Source: Promethearchaeota archaeon (GTDB lineage Archaea > Asgardarchaeota > Lokiarchaeia > Sigyniarchaeales > SOKP01). From it: 25,402 nucleotides of DNA. The stretch's first letter is position 1. Every line of letters begins with the position of its first letter. The notes under the pieces are model-generated. The model did not search any database. It was given only the letters and a program-made list of their open reading frames with translations, and was not told the DNA's origin. The DNA lies in contig RDOE01000048.1 in NCBI GenBank assembly GCA_011364975.1, positions 1 through 25,402 on the forward strand. Direction: 5' to 3'. Made by a program: the position numbers and the translations under genes. Below, piece after piece: positions 9,434-17,874 of the stretch.

Positions 9434-10714
9434 ATGTTCGAATGTTTAAAAGATTGTTGCGAAAAAGTTGATTTAAAGGCTATTGATGACTTGAAAGATA
9501 TTGAGGGAACCGAATTTTATCAAAAAGTTATAAAGGTTTTCCCTAATATAGAAAAAATATGTAATCAAGGTAAAAAAAAAGATATCATTGAGTTTGTTCG
9601 CACCTTGAAACATATTTTTAGAACCTTTAAGACATATTATCTCATGATTGAAGATAAATTTACGCATGAAACACTATCTAAAGATATTGAATATAAAATA
9701 TGTAAAAAAGCAAAAGATGTGAATTCTTGTAATGAAAACTTAATGCCATTAATTTTAATATATCATGATCTTGGAAGGCTTATTCAAAAGAGAGATCATC
9801 CATACCAAAGTTATAAACTAATTATTGAAAATGGATTGCTAAAACCATATAAACTTAACCCCCAAGAAAATCTATTAATTACGAAAGTAATTCAGTATCA
9901 TCTACTCTTTGCAACTATATATACTGGTGAATCAACTTTTTATGGAGTCTATTCCCTTTTAAATGATACTGATCTTTTTAAACTATTTTCAAAGAATAAA
10001 TTTAGTAAATCATTCATAGATTTACTTGAAATTTTTACATTTATTGATATTCTAGGATATCCATATTCTCAAATTTATGACCACTACTTAAAATATTATG
10101 ACGAGATTAATTTAATATTAAATATTATTTTTGAGAGTTGGGAAAATAGAGATGAAGCTTTAAAGTTAGCATTTGATTATTCAGTAAAATGGATTAATTG
10201 GAGATTAGCTGGAGCATTGAGAATCTTTCAGTTTGTAGAAACAGAACCTGCCCTTACTGTAGAGTTTTATTATGATAAAATAAAAGAGAATATTAGAAAT
10301 TCTAAAAATGCCATATTAGAAAAAATGAATTGGGATAAGATTAAAGAAATTTATTTAAAACCTACTTGTAGAGTTCAATTAAAATATGCTCTTGGATTTT
10401 TAATGATTTTAGCGTTTGGAAAGTTCAGTAGATCTAAATTAAATGTTAAAGACGAGATTTCTGACAGATTAATTCTATTCTGGATATTTTTATCCCAAGA
10501 AATGCAAAAAAGAGTGCCAAATACAGATATTTATTTATGGAACGTATTTATCGTTGGGATTAAAAATTGGTTCGGATTAAATCAAAATCAATTAAGCAGT
10601 CTTACAGAAGAATATATTCAAAAAGTAATACATGCTGCTTCATTTGAATTTCAGGAGGATAAATTGGAATATAATCTCTCCTTAGATTTTAAAGACTTAA
10701 ACAGTTTAATTTGA
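9434..10714 (+). CDS. HD-domain protein with unknown C-terminal region
   Basis: Ordered motifs H(IFRT)...YHDLG...HPYQS...QYHL...FIDILG match the H...HD...H...H...D pattern of HD phosphohydrolases. Confidence 0.7.
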   Translation: MFECLKDCCEKVDLKAIDDLKDIEGTEFYQKVIKVFPNIEKICNQGKKKDIIEFVRTLKHIFRTFKTYYLMIEDKFTHETLSKDIEYKICKKAKDVNSCNENLMPLILIYHDLGRLIQKRDHPYQSYKLIIENGLLKPYKLNPQENLLITKVIQYHLLFATIYTGESTFYGVYSLLNDTDLFKLFSKNKFSKSFIDLLEIFTFIDILGYPYSQIYDHYLKYYDEINLILNIIFESWENRDEALKLAFDYSVKWINWRLAGALRIFQFVETEPALTVEFYYDKIKENIRNSKNAILEKMNWDKIKEIYLKPTCRVQLKYALGFLMILAFGKFSRSKLNVKDEISDRLILFWIFLSQEMQKRVPNTDIYLWNVFIVGIKNWFGLNQNQLSSLTEEYIQKVIHAASFEFQEDKLEYNLSLDFKDLNSLI

Positions 10715-10721
10715 TCTGGGT

Positions 10722-11165
10722 ATAAAAACGCCTTTCTTTTTTAGAGTATGCTCTATAAGGAGTTCATAGCTCAAGGCTTATCCAATCTCTTTCAGGCTTT
10801 AGTTTTGAGAGCGAACTTAGCAGATTAAAAGTTAACCCTCGTGAAGCTTGGGGATGTAAGTCACATACCCATAATCCACAATCACCCTGCAAATTTTTTA
10901 CAAATTCATTTAACTCCGCAACACGTTGATCGGACGCGCTAACCCCAATTTTCCAGCATAAACTGAGGATATGGGCATGATCTAGTTTTGGATAATAGGT
11001 GATTCATCCCCGAGATGGCTCTAGCCCAATCAATCGCGAAATTATCAATGTTAAATTATACTTTTCTTTTACTTCAGTCTCGAGGATTAAACCTATAGCT
11101 CTTTTTATTTCTTCAGAGATTCTTCGTATAGGGTGGTACTAAAAACAATTTAATATAGCAATAGA
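10722..11165 (-). pseudogene. Degenerate 5'-truncated paralog of the 11791-12822 gene (C-terminal 147 codons)
   Basis: Manual translation SIAILNCF*YHPIRR...ISRLIGLEPSRG*ITYYPKLDHAH...CWKIGV...WISLEL*TPYRAYSKKERRF aligns without gaps to 11794-12234 (97/147 identical by hand count). Stops at 11139-41, 11004-06 and 10764-66; the ancestral stop position reads TAT. Confidence 0.95.
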
Positions 11166-11174
11166 AAAAAAAAA
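11165..11174 (-). terminator. Oligo-T tract after the 135-aa membrane gene, abutting the pseudogene breakpoint
   Basis: T10 on the minus strand 5 nt after the stop at 11180. Confidence 0.45.
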
Positions 11175-11179
11175 GATTT

Positions 11180-11587
11180 TTACTTATTTTTTTTAAAAAA
11201 ATCCTTAAACGGTAAAGTCAGTAAATCTCCAACAATAAAAAGTATAAAAATGAGCAACAATACTATTGTATCAAATCGCGCTCCATCGATTATTACATTT
11301 GGTAAAAATACAGCAAATACCCAGATTAATTTGTAAATAAACTGGAATAAAAGTATGGGCATATACTTATGCAGATCGTAAATCAATCCCAAAACGGCCA
11401 AAATACCAAATGTAGTCCAGATAGCCGCAGCAACCCCATAGAGATATAAATCTTGAGGGGGCATCATAAATAAAGCCATCACGAAAGCAGGTGCTATAAG
11501 CATTGCTAAACCAAATCCTCCAGCTAACACGATTGTTAAAATGTACATAATTTTTAATTTTAGTTTTAGATCTATATTGTTCAACAT
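11180..11587 (-). CDS. Hypothetical small membrane protein (4 TM)
   Basis: 135 aa, four hydrophobic helices, PILLFQFIYKLIW segment. Confidence 0.8.
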   Translation of the reverse strand: MLNNIDLKLKLKIMYILTIVLAGGFGLAMLIAPAFVMALFMMPPQDLYLYGVAAAIWTTFGILAVLGLIYDLHKYMPILLFQFIYKLIWVFAVFLPNVIIDGARFDTIVLLLIFILFIVGDLLTLPFKDFFKKNK

Positions 11588-11695
11588 CCTTAGATTTCAC
11601 ATTTTTGTAAGTTTGTAATAAATTTATTTTTATTTTAATAAAAAGGTTTGTGTATCGAAATTCTAGAAAAAAGAACTGATAATAAAAATAAAGTT

Positions 11696-11755
11696 CTATA
11701 ATTTAATTTCTGCTATTCTTTCTCTAAGATCTTTCAATTTTTTAGGGGTTATCAT
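11696..11755 (-). other. 19-aa short ORF or truncated gene start with strong SD
   Basis: GGAGG (11764-11760) followed by ATG: MITPKKLKDLRERIAEIKL*, 35 nt after the stop of 11791-12822. Confidence 0.4.
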
Positions 11756-11790
11756 AATCCCTCCAAAGAATTACCTCTTCTTACCAAATT

Positions 11791-12822
11791 TTAAAATCGT
11801 TTCTCTTTTTTAGGATAACCTTGAAAGGGAGTTCTCGGTTCAAAACTAATCCATTTTCCCTCGGCTTTTATTTTTGAAAGGGAGCGTAAAATGTCAAAAG
11901 TAAGCCATCGTGATGCTTCAGGATGTAAAGTACATTCCCATAGCCCGTATTCCCCTTGTAGACTTTTTACAAAATTAATTAATTCTGCTAATCGTAGATC
12001 TGATGTATTAACTCCTATTTTCCAACATAAGTTAAGCAGATGAGCAGGGTCTAATTTGGGATAATAAGTGATCCATCCCCGAGAAGGTTCCAATCCAATT
12101 AAGCGAGATATCACAAAACCTAAATTATATTTCTCCTTAGTCTCGCATCCAAGCACTAGGTCCATTGCTCGTTGTATTTCTATTGAATTTTTACGTTTAG
12201 GATGATATGAAAAACAATTTAAGACACCAATGGTTGTTGAGCGACAACCCAATCGTGAGTGTGCAATACGGCGATATCCCCCTATTTTGCCATAAACACC
12301 GGAAGTTATACCAACCGGCCAAGCTCCATCATCTAGTTTACATTCTAAAAGCCAATCATATGCTTTTTCAGCTCTCTTATCCGTTGAATACCCGCATGAT
12401 GCGATCCCCTCAAGAGGAATGGCAGTTTGAAGTGGTTGCATATCATATCCTTTAAATTCATTATTCCTCCTTGCTTTTGGTAAGGGCCAAGAACCATCGC
12501 TTTTTTGTTTGGAAAATAGAAATTCCACTGCATTTTTGATAGAGGGATTATTAGAAGGAAATTGAAGGTATCCTAATCTCACTAAGGCTTGAGAGGTTGC
12601 TTGAATATTTCCACCTGGTGCTGTAGAACCCACAATATCTTTATCCCATGACCCATTATGTAATTGGGATTTTAAAAGTGATTGAGCAATTAAATCATTT
12701 TCTTGTAATTCCTTTAGTTCTTGTACCTCTGAGTCATCTTCTTGTCTATGTAACAATTCTTTTAATACTAATAATCGTAAACTTGGTGAAGGATCAGATA
12801 ATAAAAGTGGAATCCATGTCAT
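11791..12822 (-). CDS. Prenyltransferase/squalene-oxidase-repeat (QW-motif alpha/alpha-barrel) protein, function unknown
   Basis: Repeats SQLHNGSW, KQKSDGSW, CKLDDGAW, LQGEYGLW; no DXDD cyclase motif; ATG overlaps the upstream stop (TAATG). Confidence 0.8.
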   Translation of the reverse strand: MTWIPLLLSDPSPSLRLLVLKELLHRQEDDSEVQELKELQENDLIAQSLLKSQLHNGSWDKDIVGSTAPGGNIQATSQALVRLGYLQFPSNNPSIKNAVEFLFSKQKSDGSWPLPKARRNNEFKGYDMQPLQTAIPLEGIASCGYSTDKRAEKAYDWLLECKLDDGAWPVGITSGVYGKIGGYRRIAHSRLGCRSTTIGVLNCFSYHPKRKNSIEIQRAMDLVLGCETKEKYNLGFVISRLIGLEPSRGWITYYPKLDPAHLLNLCWKIGVNTSDLRLAELINFVKSLQGEYGLWECTLHPEASRWLTFDILRSLSKIKAEGKWISFEPRTPFQGYPKKEKRF

Positions 12823-15800
12823 TATACTTCCTCCAAAACATTTTTTATATAACTTGAAGAGGGAGTAGTTCCCTCAGCAATCATTTCGGGAGTGCCCTCT
12901 GCAATAATATAACCTCCTTTTGGACCGCCTTCTGGTCCCAGTTCAATTAACCAATCGCATGAAGCTAATAAGTGTGGATGATGTTCAATAATAACTACTG
13001 TATGTCCTTTTTCAACGAGATTTTGGAGAATTTTTATAAGATTCGATATATCTTCTAGATGTTGCCCCACTGTAGGTTCATCTAGTATGTATAAGGTTTT
13101 ACCAGATGTTTTTTTGCTTAATTCTTTTGCTATTTTCATTCTCTGAGCTTCTCCTCCTGAAAGAGAATAAACTGGTTGGCTTATAACTAAATAGCCAAGG
13201 CCAACATCTCTAATGAGTTCTAATTTTTGCTTTAACTCCTCTTTATCCTTAAAAAGATCATAAACTTCATCAATTGTTAGATTTTTAACTTCAGGAAGCG
13301 TAACACCTTTTACTTTAACTTGCCACGCCTCTTTGGAGTATCCCGTTCCATTACAAATTTCGCAAGGATTTATAATGTTTGGAAGAAAACCCATATCTGT
13401 TTTAATTATTCCAAAGCCTCTACAAACTGTGCATTTCTTATTAAGATCTTTTTCTGTTAATTCTAAAAGCTGTGCATCTTCACTCTCACCAAAGATTTTC
13501 AATAATACTTTATCTAATTCGAGATATCTCATTGGATTTGAAATATAGGCTTTTGACTGGTCAATAATAATAGTTTTACTTAATTCTCCAGTCACACTTT
13601 CATATTGTTCTGGATTTATGGGTTCATAAGCCACTGAAGTAGTATGCCTCTTTGGAGCAAGTGCTCTCCCTAAGGTATCAATAATTAAAGAACTTTTACC
13701 AGAACCAGAAACACCACAAATTCCCACTAATAATCCATGGGGTATCTTAAGTGTATTCCCTTTAAGATTATTTCCCGTAGCTCCTGTGATGGTTAACCAT
13801 TTCTTAGGTTTTCTTCGGGTTTTATGAATGTTCATTTTTCGAATCCCGCTTAACCATTTGGCTGTGATAGTATCTCTATTTATAAGATCAATTGGCCTTC
13901 CCTCAGCTATTACTTTTCCTCCATTTATGCCTGCTCCGGGTCCTAAATCAATTAAATGGTCAGCAGCTTTTATAAGCATAAGATCATGCTCAACCATAAT
14001 AATCGTATTTCCCTTATTCTTTAATTCATAAATACTATCCAATAATGCATTAAGTTCACTTGGATGTAAACCTCGAGAAGGTTCATCAAGTAACACTGTA
14101 AGAGACGTTAACTCACTTCCTAATAAACCTGCTAAACGAACACGTTGGGCCTCTCCAGCCGAAAGAGAATCAGCAGGACGATTTAAATTTATATAACCTA
14201 ATCCCGTCTTTTTTAAAAAGTTTAGGCGATTAATTATAATAGATAAACTATTTGACACTAATTTATCATTTATTTCCGCTTTTTTAATACTATTAATTTC
14301 ATCAAGAAGTTCATTTAATGATAATTCACTTAGCTGATGTATATTATTTCCATCTAAAGTAATCGCAAGATATTCTGGTCTAAGTTTAGCACCTTTACAG
14401 ACTTTACAGTTTTGTGTCTCGGAATAAGTACCTCCAATATCCCAATCTCTTATAAAATCTGAATAAATTCCCCAAATTCTTGATTTTCTCACGTAACTTT
14501 GACCCTTTTTATTTTCATAAAAGATTTCAACGGGTTCTTTATCTCCATATAAGAAAGCATTCTGAGCTTCTTTAGACATCAAATTCCAAGGAGTCTCAAA
14601 TGGATCAAAATTATATTTCTTACTTAAAGCTTGTAGCATGTAATAGCCCCCATTATAAGGTTTACATAAAAATCCTTTTGGAAAGAAGCCTGGAGAATAC
14701 ATAGCACCTTTGCAGAGAGGTTTTTCAGGATGAATAATTAATTTTTCTGGTCTTGGGATTTGAATTGTTCCAACTCCATGACAAGCTTTGCATGCTGCTC
14801 GATAATTAGATGAATTAAACATATTAGGAGTTGCAATTGGTAATTTTATATTACAATCATTACAGATCCAATTATCACTTTTTTCCATTGAATTTCCACA
14901 TTTTGGACAGTGATTCTCACCAAAAGCAGCGAGTAAGTTATTAAGATGAAGAGAAATTCCAGTTACCTTTCCCATAGTATTCCGAAGATTAAAAAATCTA
15001 GCATACATTTTAGTTTCTGGAAAAATCGTTGTTGTGACATTTAATCCTGAAATTTCATCCACCAACGCTTCTGTAGTTTCATGAGTAGTTTGGCGTTCAT
15101 ACATCGAAAGGGTTTCTAAATACCGACGAATTGCTTCGGATTCAATAATATCAATTACTAAACTTGATTTTCCTGAACCAGAAACCCCAGTCACTACTGT
15201 AAACTTATTTTTTGGAATCTCAACATCAACATTTTTTAAATTATGGATATGAGCATTCTTGATTATTATATTTTTATAACCCTTTTGAGAATCTACCCTT
15301 TTTTCTGGTTTAGGTATCACTTTTTTTTCATTTAACAATGCTCTCGTAGTTAAAGACTTTTGATTTTTTAGAAGATTCTCAAAGCTTCCAGAAAATATCA
15401 CTTCTCCACCCTTTTCTCCAGCACCTAAACCCAAATCTATCACCCAATCAGCAGCTTTAATAATATCTAAATTGTGCTCGACAATGATAACCGTAGCACC
15501 TGCTCTTACGATTCGGTCTAAAATAACTAACAATCCGTTTAAATCTTGAGGATGAAGCCCGGTAGAAGGTTCATCTAATATAATTAATTGTTCCTTTAAT
15601 GAACTTTTTCCTAGATATTTTGTTAATTTAATTCTCTGTGCCTCTCCTCCTGAAAGAGAGGGCGATGATTGCCCTAATGGTAAATAACCCAAACCTATTT
15701 CTTCAAGAGTATTTAGCATTTTTAAAAATTTTTGATGGTCATTAACACTTAACCACTTTTCCTTACTTAATACGGCTTTAACTTCAGAAACAGATAATCG

Positions 15801-17696
15801 ATAGAAATCAGCAATCGAATACTTATTATTTTCAATGGTTATCTTAGCGGATATAACCTTATCATTAAAGCGATTTTCTTCGCAAGATTGACATGGAATC
15901 CATGTAGATGGTAAATATCGCATCTTAACCTCAATAGCACCCATACCTCTGCAGGTAGGACATGCACCCTCGGGTCTATTAAAAGAAAAGTGAGATTCAG
16001 ATAAATTAGTCGATTTAGCAAATAATTTTCTTAACAAATCTGATATTTTAGTATAAGTTGCTGGATTTGACCGTGGATTTTTTCCAATTGGACTTTGATC
16101 CACCATTATAACTTTTAATGCAGTAGTTTTAAGCTCTTTACATCCAATAGGTTTCTTTTGCTTTAACGACGCAAATAATACATCCTCAACTAAAGTACTT
16201 TTTCCTGAACCTGAAATGCCTGTTATTACTGTTAAGCGGTGAAGAGGTATCTGAATGTCAATATTCTTTAGATTATGCTGATAAGCACCATTTATTGTAA
16301 TAAATTGAGTAGGTTCTGACCTAAATTTTGGTTTCATAACCTCAGTTCTAAGAGAGAAATAATTACCCGTTGCTGTATTGGACTTCCATAATTCGGAGGG
16401 CGTTCCTTTAAAAATTATTTTACCCCCATCTATTCCCGCCTTTGGTCCAATATCTATTGCATAATCTGCTATTGATGCTGCAAACCTATCATGCTCTACA
16501 TAAATTACTGGTCCTTTCAGATTACTTAAAACAGGCAAGAAATTTTGAGTGTCATGAAAGTGTTGACCAATTGTAGGCTCATCAAGTACATGTAATATAT
16601 CTTCTAACTCACTTATCATATTAACTGCAATTCTAATTCTCTGAGACTCTCCTCTCGATAAAGAAGGAGAAACTCTATCTAAAGTTAGATATCCAAGCCC
16701 TACTGCTTTAAGCGAAGATAATCGTTTCATAATTTCATTTAAAATGCGATCAGCAGTACTTGGTAATTCTACAGTTTTAAATAGTTGTAATAAATCCTCT
16801 ACGGGAAGAGATAATAACGTAGGAAATGTCTTTTTCGAAAATAATACTGAGGATGCAATTGGATGGAGTTTTGTAAAATTACATTTTGAGCAACCTTTTC
16901 CTTTACAGTGAGGACAAGACATATGAAAATATTTTGGCTCAAGTTCTTTAAGCCAGACTCCACATTCTTGACAAGATTTAGTCAAAGATATCTTTCTATT
17001 TTCATTTTCATTTTTCAAAGAAACTACACTTACGCCTAAGCCTTTTACCGTGCTCAGTAGTTCGCGAATTTGACTTAAAGATGTTTTATTGTCTAACTTA
17101 TCTAATTCAACTAAAATTGTATGGGGATTTTTTGGATTTAAACTAGTTTTGTTCCACCTTATTCCATCAACTATTATCTTATTTGCTTCAAATTGCGATT
17201 CTAATAACTTTAATAAGGTTTGATGGCTTCCTTGAACATTATAAACTAATTGAGCAAATACTACAATACTGAGTTCTCTAGTATTTTTTAATAAGTAATC
17301 AGAAATTTCATCATATGACAAAATATTGATATTAGCACCACAATTTGGGCATCTTCTTTCTCCGAACCTAGAATAAAGTATTCGAAAAAGAGGGTGTAGC
17401 CCTGATGCAGTTGCTAAAGTCGAATTAGGATTACGATTAAGTAAATTTTGTCCTACTGCTACAGTAGGTCTTAATCCGGTTATAGAACGAACTTTTGCTG
17501 GAGCTAATCTTAATCCTTTTGAACCATAAGAAAAATATTCTAAAAATCGCCTTCGAGCTTCGTGATAAAGTGTATCGAAAACTAAAGATGATTTTCCAGA
17601 GCCAGAAACACCTGTTACAATCGTTAAACCAGCTCCAAATTCAACATTTACATCCTTTAAGTTATTTTCGGCAGCTCCATCTATTTTGATATTCAT
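12822..17696 (-). CDS. uvrA: Double-length UvrA-family excinuclease/ABC ATPase with four nucleotide-binding domains
   Basis: Four Walker A (G[VI]SGSGKS), four signature motifs (LSRGE, LSGGE, LSAGE, LSGGE), four LDEP Walker B, H-loops, multiple CxxC zinc sites, and UvrA hallmarks (NLKNID, RSNPATY, FSFN, GLGYL). Confidence 0.93.
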   Translation of the reverse strand: MNIKIDGAAENNLKDVNVEFGAGLTIVTGVSGSGKSSLVFDTLYHEARRRFLEYFSYGSKGLRLAPAKVRSITGLRPTVAVGQNLLNRNPNSTLATASGLHPLFRILYSRFGERRCPNCGANINILSYDEISDYLLKNTRELSIVVFAQLVYNVQGSHQTLLKLLESQFEANKIIVDGIRWNKTSLNPKNPHTILVELDKLDNKTSLSQIRELLSTVKGLGVSVVSLKNENENRKISLTKSCQECGVWLKELEPKYFHMSCPHCKGKGCSKCNFTKLHPIASSVLFSKKTFPTLLSLPVEDLLQLFKTVELPSTADRILNEIMKRLSSLKAVGLGYLTLDRVSPSLSRGESQRIRIAVNMISELEDILHVLDEPTIGQHFHDTQNFLPVLSNLKGPVIYVEHDRFAASIADYAIDIGPKAGIDGGKIIFKGTPSELWKSNTATGNYFSLRTEVMKPKFRSEPTQFITINGAYQHNLKNIDIQIPLHRLTVITGISGSGKSTLVEDVLFASLKQKKPIGCKELKTTALKVIMVDQSPIGKNPRSNPATYTKISDLLRKLFAKSTNLSESHFSFNRPEGACPTCRGMGAIEVKMRYLPSTWIPCQSCEENRFNDKVISAKITIENNKYSIADFYRLSVSEVKAVLSKEKWLSVNDHQKFLKMLNTLEEIGLGYLPLGQSSPSLSGGEAQRIKLTKYLGKSSLKEQLIILDEPSTGLHPQDLNGLLVILDRIVRAGATVIIVEHNLDIIKAADWVIDLGLGAGEKGGEVIFSGSFENLLKNQKSLTTRALLNEKKVIPKPEKRVDSQKGYKNIIIKNAHIHNLKNVDVEIPKNKFTVVTGVSGSGKSSLVIDIIESEAIRRYLETLSMYERQTTHETTEALVDEISGLNVTTTIFPETKMYARFFNLRNTMGKVTGISLHLNNLLAAFGENHCPKCGNSMEKSDNWICNDCNIKLPIATPNMFNSSNYRAACKACHGVGTIQIPRPEKLIIHPEKPLCKGAMYSPGFFPKGFLCKPYNGGYYMLQALSKKYNFDPFETPWNLMSKEAQNAFLYGDKEPVEIFYENKKGQSYVRKSRIWGIYSDFIRDWDIGGTYSETQNCKVCKGAKLRPEYLAITLDGNNIHQLSELSLNELLDEINSIKKAEINDKLVSNSLSIIINRLNFLKKTGLGYINLNRPADSLSAGEAQRVRLAGLLGSELTSLTVLLDEPSRGLHPSELNALLDSIYELKNKGNTIIMVEHDLMLIKAADHLIDLGPGAGINGGKVIAEGRPIDLINRDTITAKWLSGIRKMNIHKTRRKPKKWLTITGATGNNLKGNTLKIPHGLLVGICGVSGSGKSSLIIDTLGRALAPKRHTTSVAYEPINPEQYESVTGELSKTIIIDQSKAYISNPMRYLELDKVLLKIFGESEDAQLLELTEKDLNKKCTVCRGFGIIKTDMGFLPNIINPCEICNGTGYSKEAWQVKVKGVTLPEVKNLTIDEVYDLFKDKEELKQKLELIRDVGLGYLVISQPVYSLSGGEAQRMKIAKELSKKTSGKTLYILDEPTVGQHLEDISNLIKILQNLVEKGHTVVIIEHHPHLLASCDWLIELGPEGGPKGGYIIAEGTPEMIAEGTTPSSSYIKNVLEEV

Positions 17697-17874
17697 TTTT
17701 TTTCGAGGTAAAGATAATCGTTACTTTTCTTAGTTCTATATATTTCATTATTATATAAAGGCTAAGAGTGTTTTGATAGTAAAATTATTGATAAGTAATA
17801 CTTCAATATGCATATACATATAATTGTAATATATACAAAAGATCGTAAAAGAAACGTTTCACGAATAAAATTCG

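Noticed and set aside
10764-11141. In-frame TGA/TAG as selenocysteine, pyrrolysine or alternative-code readthrough
   Set aside because: The stops align to Ser, Trp and Arg rather than Cys or Lys, are simple point changes, the fragment has no start, and neighbouring genes use TGA and TAG as true stops.
10722-11165. Pseudogene copy as a DGR template repeat or an antigenic-variation cassette
   Set aside because: Differences from the intact gene affect all four bases and are largely synonymous or conservative, not adenine-specific; identity is too low, and no reverse transcriptase is in the window.
11791-12822. Squalene-hopene or oxidosqualene cyclase
   Set aside because: Only 343 aa and no DXDD/DCTAE catalytic motif; QW repeats alone show fold, not function.
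8707-17689. Short ORFs at 8707, 9473, 11367, 12207, 12345, 12648, 13333, 13828, 15839 and 17495
   Set aside because: All lie within or overlap well-supported longer genes, antisense or off-frame, and have no recognisable features.
12822-17696. Assembly-artefact duplication of a normal uvrA
   Set aside because: The halves are strongly diverged, have different accessory domains and are joined in frame.
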